This document shows positions 40,029-50,898 of a stretch of DNA of 52,957 nucleotides, piece by piece. The position numbers and the translations under genes were made by a program. The notes under the pieces are model-generated. The model worked only from the letters and a program-made list of their open reading frames with translations. It was not told the DNA's origin and ran no database searches. The DNA lies in contig UYFQ01000170.1 in the NCBI GenBank assembly GCA_900617105.1, positions 1-52,957 of the forward strand, written 5' to 3'. The DNA comes from Hydrurus foetidus (Eukaryota). Every line of letters begins with the position of its first letter. Positions within the stretch are counted from its first letter, which is position 1.

Positions 40029-43000
40029 TTATGCCTTGGGCCATCCCGTGAGACACTCTCTCTCGTAAACGAACTGCGACCCCTGCAGCGGCTTGGTGAG
40101 GAGGTTAGCGTACATTTCTTTGGTCCCCTTGTGCTCCAGTTCCATCTCCCCAGTGGTCACTCGCTCTTTGACCCAGAAGTACCGGATGCTAATATGCCTC
40201 GTCTTCTCTGCCCCGGACCTTCCCCGATCGATAAGTGCCATGCATGACATGTTATCCTGGTACACCATGACAGGACCCATTGCGTACCCCTGGTTGACCA
40301 GAAACATCCTAGTGTGCAGCCCCTGGTTGGCCGAGTCCGATAGTGCGATGAGCTCCGCTTCCGTGCTGGACTTGGACACGATCCCCTGCTTGGCTGACCT
40401 GCAGTGCACCGCACCCACATCACCTATGACCAAGCACGACCCGGTGTGTGACTTGCCGTCTCCGTGCACACCGTAGGACGCATCGACAAAGAGTCGCACT
40501 GTGATCCCAATGGCCCCAGGGTTGAACACCAGTCCCGTGTCGCGTGACCAACGGATGTACCGCACTAGGCGGTGTAGCTTGTCCACATCGTCTTCAGTGC
40601 ACCGTGTCACTCTGGTTGCCAGGTAGGCTACTGCAACAAGGCATTCCGGCTTGACCCTCTTCGCGAGGTAGACCAGCTGGGCTGTGACGTGGTGGAACCA
40701 TACGCGCACCTCTTCACTCACCATGACTGTATCCGGGCGGTTATCAAACAGACCGTCTGTCGCAGGTGTCTTGGCGATGCCGTGCACCCCTGATGACTCG
40801 AGCATCTCGTCGACGTACCCGGTCATACTCACGCGCGCTTCACCTACGCGAGAGAAGTCAAATGCCATTCCAAGGTAATTGATTAGAGGACCGTGTGCTA
40901 GAGTGATTTCTCCATACCTAACTCTCAGGCCCTCAGTGAGTTCTGCGATCATCGCCTTGCTCGTGCTGGTGATTAGCAGGTCGTCGACGTGGATGGTCGC
41001 TGTGCACTGCACACCCCTGATGTCCACGCGATTGAACACGCATATGTCGCTCTCGTTGCGGATGAACCCTAGGCCTGTCATGGTCTTGCTGAGGTTCTCG
41101 TACCACAGGGCTGCACTCTCCACGCATCCGTATAGTGCACGCTTGAGTAGGACCACGACTCTCCCTTTGTCGTCTGCGTAACGTCCGTACGTACGGTCGA
41201 GTGCAATGATCATATCTGACATGGTCTTGTCGAGTCTCATGTGGACAGGCACCCCGCTGTCATATGGGCGTTGAGGAATGCACCCCTAATGTCCACCACT
41301 GCGACATGTCTGCGTTCGTGTGCACTGATTGCCGCGATGGTGAATACCGCACTGGTTGATACGGTTGGGGACGAAAGGTCATCGTATAGTCGCTTGTCCT
41401 GTTGGTCCCCTCCTGCAACAAGTCTCGCCTTGTATTTGTCGAAGCTGCCGTCTGGGTGGGTCTTCCTCTTGAGGAACATGGACGATCGGATGATAGATGA
41501 GCGTTGACCGGCTGTGAGCTTGTGGAACACGACTGGTGCCCAAACTTTCTTGTCCAACATCTGTTGCAGCTCCTTGTTGATGACTAGGCGTGCATCGTCA
41601 CCCCTGGTCCTAAGCGCTTCTCTCACACTCACGTTGGCGCTGGGGTCCACATGGACTCGATCCTGCGCTTCAGCAGTGTGGACTTGATCGACTCGGTGCA
41701 TGAGATGCTCTGGGTGGGTGTCGTGACGAGCGGTGTGTTGAAGGTCACGAAGGTAGCTCCTTGCTCCAGCGGTTTCTTCAGTGTCCCTTGTCCACTTCGG
41801 AAGTACTCGATCATCCTCTCTTGATGTTCTCTCTCGATCTCTTCTTCTGTAATGTCTGTGTTAAGAGTGTTAGCAAGTGGGGGAGGGAGAGGGAGGGTTG
41901 TATCCCCTGGGGGATCGGTCAGTGCGCCGCTGTCCGGTGTGTCAGTGATGTGCTGACTGGTATCCACGCTGGAGACCATGTTGTCTTGTGGACTACTTTG
42001 AACAGTCTCCTCCGGACCTAGTTCAGAAATATTTTGAGTTAATGTTAGATCACCCCCTATGTCCGGTGGAACTGCGAATTCCTCCTGTGGAATGTCGGTG
42101 AGGATCGGCTGGCTCAGTTGTATAATGGCAGGTGATTCTTGGACATCAGCTCGTAGTCTCTGTTCAGGGTTTGGTGGTCGGATCGGCATGAATCTCGGCA
42201 TCATGGATTTGTCCACACTGTGAGTGTATTGAATCTCGTTGTACACGTTGGGAATCCTTGAGAGGTATCGACCGTCTTTTGCTGCCAGTTGGTTGAGGAT
42301 CTGGATGATAGACGCTGGCATTGGTAGCACTTTGAAGTTGTCTCTGAGGATAATCTTGTTGGTCGCAATAGAGAGCATTTTGACAGATCCTGTACGGTTA
42401 CCGGTTGGTAAGTACACTATACAGTCTTCGGTGCGAGGGTTCATCGAGTGATCGGTGTTCGCAACGGTGCATTGACAATAGTCCCCAAAGGCCACCTGAA
42501 GTCCCGAGTCCCCGCAACCCGCTGTCCTGAGAAAGCTTCTCTTGGTGTGGTCCCTCCCGGACGTGAGCCTGAGTGTTGATAGTTGATACGAGAAATGCAA
42601 TATAGTGCAAGCATCGACAGACCATTGATTGTTAGTGCGAACGGCAGTCGACCTCCTATGTGGCATCTGATTCTCTCTTTGATCATTCGAATGCGACGCT
42701 CGATTCTTGCGATGTGTCCTCCAGCGCTGCTGATGTTCACTTCTATCGTCAGGCGTTTCAGGTAAGGGACCAATTTGCCTATTGCTCCCTCTCCGTCTGA
42801 CATAATGAGTGACGCGACGAAGTTTCGCGACTTGAGCGTTGAGATGATGACGTCCAGGCACTTCTTCACTGACTCCGCGGTTCGCGACGGCTTTCCTGAG
42901 TCTGGCTGATCCAGTATGACACCTAGAGTGAGATCGAGTGGGTGAGACACGGCAACAAGCAATGCGACCTGTTCTACCAACATGATGTCGATGGACAGTA

Positions 43001-44276
43001 TCTGTTCCTGTCGGACGACTGCTGGTGTCAGTATGAGCATTGGCGCCCGTGATTTCCTTTTCACCGTCTTCCCCTTGATCGACGCGATGTCCTTTCCCCA
43101 GATTGCATCGGCCACCCGAAAGTCATACTCAGTCATGTTGAAGTCGTTCCCGGTTCTCAGCATCGACATCGCTTCTTCTACCGATGGATATCCCATTCGT
43201 GTGATTAGCTCTCGAGCACACCTTGCTGACATCACTTCTCGCTTAGTGTAGAATTTCAGGTTGTCGGCTACCGTTTGGACCATATCATGCTCTTCAGGTG
43301 GATGGCTTGTTGCTCGCTTCGAGATCATGGATCTAACGTCACACACGTAAAACCTACCCTCGCTGCCTGGAATGCTTCTGAGACAGAAACTGTATATGTT
43401 ATCACTCCCTTTGGGCTGTAATGTGAATCTGCTCTCGTGTTGATCATATCTGATCTTAGCACCATCATCAACCATAGCAGCGAACGATAGTATGTTCGCG
43501 GTGGCATTAGGGCTGTAGTAGACGTTCCCAACTTCATTGAAGTATCCTTCTTCAGAGACTCGAACTCCCTTCGCATTAGCTTGTACACCGTTGAGCACTA
43601 TCGAATTGTCCGATTGCTTCACATCCGTTAAGAGGTCCTTGTTGCTGAAAATGCTCACAGAAGCTTGATTGTCGAGAAGGACATGTGACCGCGAGAACAG
43701 GACCAGTTCGTTGGTTGTAGTGAACGCGTATTCACTCTTGTCTTCGTCGTCCATACTGATGTTCTCAGTGGACGTGTAGAGTGCTTTCTCGGATTTTCGT
43801 TCGTCGCAATCTCGAGCGTAGTGTCCGAGGTTTCCACAGACATAGCACAGCACACTATCGAGTGACGACCTTTTTGCTTTGTTGTCGGCGGGAACCTTCT
43901 TAGACGGTGGGGGGGTCTTCACTTTTTCGGTTTCTTTGCCCTTAGTGACGTGTATAGCATCGGCTAAGAACGCTAGGTGCAGGATGCCTCCTAGCGGTGC
44001 GAAGGATCCGTCCCGGGTCCATGTGGAGGCTGTACGGAACGCTGCTGCGAGTGTACTAGGGTATGCACCAGGGATGTTTTGACATGCATTGTTACGCATT
44101 GTGGTGAGCATGCTCGCATACCTTTTCATATCCAACTTACTGATGAAATCCAATGCTTTGATCGATTCTGCAACCTCAGTCATACCAACACCGTGGTTGG
44201 CCTTGAGCTGATCATCGAACCTAGTCTTGAAGTCTGCTACGAGTTCACGGTCTCCTTGCCGTAGTACGTTATACCG
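40029..44276 (-). pseudogene. Copia gag-pol (Gag C-terminus, zinc knuckle, protease, integrase, RT, RNase H) with three frameshifts
   Basis: CYVCGNLGHYARDC, LLDNQAS, SDGEG...IERRIR, YKARLVAGG, HVDD, SSTEAEL and ANLLTKPLQG. Frame changes near 42495, 41650 and 41250. Confidence 0.93.
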
Positions 44277-44693
44277 TACCGTAGCGGTTATATCTTTTGG
44301 GATTTAAATAAATAATTATTCAGATGATATCCCATGCCAATAAATTCCTAGCCGAGACAAATCCCTGCGCGGATATTAATTCTTTTTATATCTAAATCCC
44401 GGATCATCTACATCATAATTAATTATTTTTTCACCAAAATCCGGGTTCGTTTGAATTTAATTAATTATTTTACACCCAAATTCGCAAATACAGGACGGAG
44501 CGATTTCTACTCAATTTTAATGTTGGAACTGATCAACAATTATCTAAGCTAAAAAGAGTGAAACTCAGAAGTATTTTTCTAGCCTACAACGAAACGTGAT
44601 CTGAAACGCAATATGAAGTGAAATGCAAGATAAGAAGAGTCAAGCTCAGGAGGATCTACAACGCAACGTGCTTTATGCATATAGATGACAAAA

Positions 44694-47518
44694 TTATTTT
44701 GGCACACGAATTTTTAAGACTAGTGACGATGACGATGATGTCAACGACGACGATGATGATGCTGCTTCATTGATTTCTTTATTTTCATCGGAATCGCTAT
44801 CGATTCTTCTAGAATAGGTAGATTTGGACATGATTGAGGTTTTAGCAGTTTTCTTCTCTCTCTGATGCCTATCATCACCTGCCTTCTTTTCCTTTTCCTC
44901 TTCCTCTTCATCATCTTCATCAGATTCATACATTTGAAAATGCTCCACTCTCGCCTTTTTTTTCCTGGGCTTGGCTCCACTGCTCTTCCTCTTCTCCTTG
45001 AGAGCTCCTCGTTTTTTAATATTCTCTATTACTCTGTCAGCTGTCACTTCCCCGCTCTGCACCGCGGCTATCATTCCCTCCTTATCAAATTTGGCCTGGC
45101 TTGATTTCTGTGCACGGCCGTGAGATGGTCGTTTCTTCATGGTCTTTGGAGCTCTTGCAGATCGTTCAGCAGGGATATTAGCCAGGTGTATGGAAGATTC
45201 AGCAAGTGCTAATTCAACGGCCAATTTGTCAAGAGCATCTTTTTCCCTACCAACTATGCGCGCAATAGCCTCTATCTGATATTCCTCATCAGAGCTGTAT
45301 CGCAAGTACAAACGATGAAATCCATACTGGATAGCATTCATTCCATCGCATTCTGCATAATGATCACATTCTTTTACATATTGTTCTCGGATAAAGGTAG
45401 ATGATTCAACACAATATTTATGGTATCAGTAATACATTTGTCACCAGTTTCCTCACCTTCTTCGTCTCGCTGTCGGGGTTTTGTTATCGCTTTGATGCCC
45501 TCTGCGGCCCAAACTGGTGCTCTATCTCTCAGGACAGCCATGGAAAGCAAATTGTCAATTGCCTGCTTGTACTCATCCATACTGATTTCCAAGCTTTCTT
45601 TTCGGGTACTTAGTGCTGTAACAGAAGCTGAGTACCAGAGATAAAAAGCCTTCTTGATCGCGATTTTGTAAGGAAAGTGCAGATCTGTGTCGCCAACCTT
45701 TAAAAATAAAGCAATACAATGTTGTAAATGCGATGTACATTCAAAGGAACAAAATGCGTACAAATGATAGGTGATTACCTGAAATAAACCAGTACCTCCA
45801 GCTGGTACATATCTAATCACCATTCCAGGACACTTTTTGCGAACGTGCTCTTTTGTTATTTCAGTAAGATTTACTGGCCACATGTCCAGGTACACTAAAC
45901 AGATACCTTTCTCAGCATATGACTGACTGCATCGTTTCCTAACGTCATTTGGGAGGTTTGAATAGTAAATAAGTTTTCAAGTAAAGAGCAAATGGAAAAT
46001 GAAAAGTAAATTGAACACTTACTTTAGGTATTTCTGGACCTTCCAATTATGGATCGCGCTTAACTCGACGAGCTTCAGACTTTGGTTGTTCCAATGATTC
46101 TCAGAATGGGAGAATATGTACCCAGCTTCCTTGTGTTTGATCATAACGTCCTCAGATGGGAGGCATGCATCAGTTTTCCCAGCAAAGATCTGATGATGTG
46201 CGACTAGATCACCAGAGGCGTTAGCGATAATGTTTGCTGTAAAAGCGCGTTTATCCTTTGACAGTGCAGAAGAAACCACTTTGGAGCCTTTTTTAATCCA
46301 CCTCTCAACTTCTTCAGGTTGAAGGTTGACACCCAACTCATCAGTACAGAAGATGAAATCTGGTGTTAGACCGTCATCAGCTATCATCTTAGCTAGATGA
46401 TCGAGGTTAAGTTTATGCAGCATTTCTTGCTTCGTTCGCTCCTCAGGTGTGTATGTGTGAGAAGTCACGCGCCTCTTCACTAGGCCCATCTTGGTCCTAA
46501 GAAACCATCTGCTCCACTCGAGAGATGGCTCATAAACTGACTCATCGTCTCCTGTCCTATGCAAGGTTTTCAACACTATAGAAACCATAGTTGCTACCAG
46601 AGCAGGTCCGAATCCGACGACATCCACAACCTCATTTAAACGAGCAATAAGGTCAGGATATAATGTGGGGTGGAAAAGGTAGGGACGGCCATTCTTCCCT
46701 AGTAGTGACGGCTCCATGTTGTGATTCTTTAGGCTATCTTTTGCGTTTTCGTATTCTGCTAAGTATGTTACGATGTCAACCTTTGAATGGAACGATTTCA
46801 TTTTTGAAGGTTCCACTTCATCCTTGATTTCTTTCTCCAAAAGCTTTTTCTCATCGGCGATCACTGTGTACGCCGTAGTTCTCGGTAAAGCATATTTGTA
46901 GGTCTGTAGAATCACTTCCATTAAATCACTTGCTGTTCTGTGATTGATGAAAATTAACGCATGAAAATTTGCGATTGCATAGTTTGCGAGACCAATAGTG
47001 ATCAAATAGATGGTTACCTAAATTTTAGATGTTTACCCCTCATATCATAGCAGTATGAATGATATCGAATAAGGACTCTCATTGTGCTCGTCACTTTGAT
47101 TCTCTTTAATTCAACCTCTTCGTCTTCTACCACTGCCACTTCTTCATCGACATCTTCAACTGGAGCATCATCAGCATCAACATAAGCTTCGCAGTGTTCT
47201 TTAACGAAGGCTTCAATCCCCATATCATAATCTGTGACAGCGGTATTAAAAATTCAATATCTAGTCATGGGGATAAATACTCGTTCAAATCTTACATTGA
47301 TTGTCATCTTCAATCCAGAATTTTGCGATATCACTTGCTTCGGCGCGAAGTCGAATATCGCGATGAGAAGCTCTACCAACTACCTTCTCAGGAACAACCC
47401 TCAGTATGCTGCAGGCTTTGATGTAAGCTTCTTGATACAAATTTACATCAGACATTACTACAATAGACGGAGGAAATACTACGTCGTTCTTCTTAACGGT
47501 CTGATAGTAGCTTTTCAT
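44694..47518 (-). CDS. Pogo-like DDE_1 transposase, multi-exon (start and some exon limits uncertain)
   Basis: PSLEWSRWFL...KRR (HTH_Tnp_Tc5-like), FCTDELG, DKRAFT, IFAGKT, SENHW, YLDMWP, and GTGLFQ/VGD...PYK after splicing. Confidence 0.82.
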
Positions 47519-47592
47519 TACTTGATTGAGGTTGCACTCTATGCACAGAAGCTCAGAGACCGTACTACCACGATGTGACCTGAGTTTTAAAA

Positions 47593-48743
47593 TTGGGACA
47601 TCCAGAGACGAGATGAAAGTTCAGAACTCCGCCAACCTGTGTGTAAATTGTGCAGTGCTGTCAGCCATCATTCATGAGTAGTATATATATTTTGTCGAGG
47701 ATTACAATCGAGTTGTGGGAAGAGATGATCACGTAAACTACCTCCCCAGTGCACATGATTACCACATGGTGCTGTGGTGTAGCAGGCTCAGTCCCGCCAG
47801 GGTCGCCAGTTCGACTTTTGATCAACGACCAATTTTGGCATGTGGTGACAACAATCTACCAGTTCCTATTCATTATCGCTAGATCTTTTTCCCACTTTGG
47901 AGAGGTCACCATTACAGCTGACATCTTACAGCACCCAGCGATCATTTCTATTTTTCGCACTGATCGCTAGGATTTATAACAACCATGATTTTTTCGGACG
48001 GTTGGGCCGCTGTCTCAGCTGATCTCTTACACCACCCAGCGATCATGTCTATTAGTATCACACTGATAGCTGGAATTTCTCAAGCACCAATCGTTGCAAC
48101 CTGCAATGACAAAAAATAATGAGGAAAGAATCGCAATCAGACTCAGTAGTGCTGATAGTAATTGAATATAGGTAGTACGATCACGAGATATCAAATTCGA
48201 GGTGCGAAAAAAATGCCGATTCCAAGTCAGATAACAATTCAGCTGAGCACAATTGGAGGAAAGCTTTGAAGACTGCACAACATATCAGTCGCGAAAAGAT
48301 AGCGTCTGAATCGAGTTATCGTTGATGATATCCCACAAAACAGTCGTTCAAAATGTCCATCGAAAACAGGCACGTCAGGTGCTAGAAATCAGGCGCCTCA
48401 CCTTCAAAGGAGGAATTGCTGGTGCGAGCTCACTCATGAAGCACCATGAATTGTGGATCTGCCAGCGAGGCGCCTGCAACAATCGCGAATAATGATTGGT
48501 AGGGTTAGCAAAATTCGTTTCAATATATGAGAAGTTCAACGATGAGTAATAAAAGCAGGGACATCTGAAGTCAACATTCAACGATATGGGCATGCAGCTT
48601 GGGACATCCAGAGACGAGATGAAAGTTCAGAACTCCGCCAACCTGTGTGTAGATTGTGCAGTACTGTCAGCCATCATTCATGAGTAGTATATATATTTTG
48701 TCGAGGATTACAATCGAGTTGTGGGAAGAGATGATCACGTAAA
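47593..48743. repeat. ~145-bp direct repeat pair (47593-47737 and 48599-48743) inside the pogo-like element
   Basis: ttgggacatccagagacgagatg...gatcacgtaaa is present twice, with about 2 substitutions. Confidence 0.9.
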
Positions 48744-48797
48744 TTACCTAAAAAATCCGTGATAATAATTACTTGATAATGGCCCAAGATTTCACCT

Positions 48798-48873
48798 GAC
48801 CACGCGGCGCTGTGGTCAGAGCTCTGCTCCCTTCGCTGTTGGCGCGGGTTCAAATCCTGGCAGCGACATTTTT
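48798..48873 (+). promoter_or_regulatory. tRNA-like Pol III module with T5 terminator
   Basis: A-box-like CGGCGCTGTGG (48805-48815), B box GGTTCAAATCC (48847-48857) and TTTTT at 48869-48873. Confidence 0.55.
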
Positions 48874-49022
48874 GCGAATTCGAAAAGCAAGCACGTCCCA
48901 ACACCAAAATTTAATTAATTGTTTTTTGAGTAAAATCCGGGTCATGTTTGAGTTTCGGCTAATTAATTCATTTTTTCTCTCAATCCCAGAAAGTCCAGTC
49001 CCAAAAGATATAACCACTACGG

Positions 49023-49646
49023 TAGCTGTTGGTCGTGTAGGTTCACCGACGACATGTTGTCGTGATCTCCGTACATGTGCGAAGTGTGCGATTTCCGGAT
49101 GAATTTCCACAGCCTCACGCTGTCGAGTGCATGCCGGGCGATCTCGAATTTCGGGTCCACCCTGACCTTGCTCTGTGATGCCGTTGACATCTTCGACCAC
49201 ATAAGTGCCCAAATCTTGGTCTCGTTCACTGACTGTAGCTCAATTGTACGTTGGCGGCGGTCATAGGCTCCTTCTCTGAGCTTGTTAATGAACTTTGTTG
49301 AGAACTGTTCGACATTTCCGACAGGTTCCTCGGCTTCCTCCTGAACCGTGCTGTCTTCTTCACTGTCTTCGCCGTTTCCACTCCCGTAGTCCTCATCATC
49401 GTCCGCATCCGCGGCCTCGTTGGCGGCGATGACTGGTGCGACATACGCGGGGTGGTAATCTTTCAGCTGGGGAAGGGGATGCTTGTATGACCGATTGAGA
49501 TGAAAGAACATCCCAGTGGTCCCGTACAGTTCTGTTGCAAGGTTGTACATCTCCTCACGCCACTCCACGGCGTTGTTTTCCTGCCCATACTGTAGAATAC
49601 ATCCATCTGTGGATTTCTCGGCCACTGCCGCTTCGTTTGGAGGCAT
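49023..49646 (-). CDS. Copia Gag N-terminus (disrupted by the transposon insertion)
   Basis: ATG 26 bp inside the 5' LTR. The frame continues at 44276 once the insertion is removed. Confidence 0.88.
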
Positions 49647-49672
49647 CTCGGCTGCCTCAAGTGTTTAAATTA

Positions 49673-50042
49673 TGTTGCGAATTCCGTATTCCGCAACCGC
49701 GCCGTGAACAGCTTCACGTACGAAGTGTCTAGTACGAGAACCACGCAAATCCCGTGAAATGAATGAGGTACAGTTTTCAATCAGTCGATAATTTAACTTG
49801 TACTGACATCCCTGTTTGCCAGCCACGAAGCTTACAGCGCCACCTATCTACGCTACTCTAGAAGGAAGAAACAGAACATCAATGAACGAGTGGTGTAACG
49901 CGCATGAAACACTTTTCATGCCGAACTGTAACGCACCATACAACCGTATAGTACATCACACACACACACACACACACACAACAATGACCGAACGGTCCTA
50001 CATACTACAAAGAGCAGTTCACCACAGAACGAAACTCCAACA
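49673..50042 (-). repeat. 5' LTR (370 bp)
   Basis: Matches 39556-39922. Confidence 0.95.
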
Positions 50043-50898
50043 TGGGGGCGGCCCGACTATCCAGCAAACCGACCCAGCAAACAGTTCCAGCAAACTGAGT
50101 TACCCGATAACTTTTTCACAATTTTGGAATTACGTTGCAACATTTTAACGGAATTTTTAAGCTGTGAAATGATTCAGCCCAGCAGCAAGGGGGTATAGAT
50201 AGAGAGGGGGCTAACCCAAGATCCTACTCAAGCTCGGCCTCTCACTCAACTCCCAACTACCCGAACAGACTCAACATCATATGTACTAAATCAAAGACTA
50301 TACTTTGACTACATCCTGCAAAGCAGGCAAGGACTGTGCCCTCTAGCCCATCATCTTGCATCGTCCTTCACATCTCGATGGTCATTTTGACCGACGAATT
50401 TTGTCTGCGTCTCCAGTCCGCGATTTTGGTCGTCCCCACCTCGGTAAGCTTTTCTCGACCACCTTAAAAATTGAATGTTGATCGTCACCCTGGCAGATTT
50501 CGGGAAAAGTCCAACTCGTGCACAACAAAATGATTCCCAAAATCTGCCAAGGCACAGTTGAATACTCACGAACTTATCGTTTTCGACATATTTGCCGTCT
50601 GCACGTGGCTAATTTTCTTTATATTGCCGTAACGAACTCAACAGGCCAGCATATTGAAACTTGAAGACAAGAAGATACCAGCCAACATATTATCTGTGAT
50701 GGTACAGTGGTGAACCTCTGCAAAATTGCCGTTGAATTGTCGTCTGGGCATCGTTTGGTGATGAGTTTATAACACAGAATTCAACTGCTTTTACCTTCGA
50801 TGAAGACTAACGTGATCTCTCTACGGCCATCTACAGGATTTACGATGGGTGCATCTCTAGTCACAGAGTATGACTTAAATTGGAAGGGAATAATTCTC

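Larger units (their letters stand above)
44279..49022 (-). mobile_element. Pogo-like DNA transposon (4744 bp) inserted into copia gag; 24-bp TIRs; TA TSD
   Basis: TA|CCGTAGCGGTTATATCTTTTGGGA ... TCCCAAAAGATATAACCACTACGG|TA. Removing it restores the gag frame HDQQL-RYNVLRQGDRE. Confidence 0.95.
39556..50042 (-). mobile_element. Full-length Ty1/copia (CoDi-like) LTR retrotransposon with 5-bp TSD TGGGG, interrupted by a DNA transposon
   Basis: LTRs 39556-39922 and 49673-50042 (TGTTG...CAACA). TGGGG at 39551-39555 and 50043-50047. Domain order gag-PR-IN-RT-RH. Confidence 0.97.
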
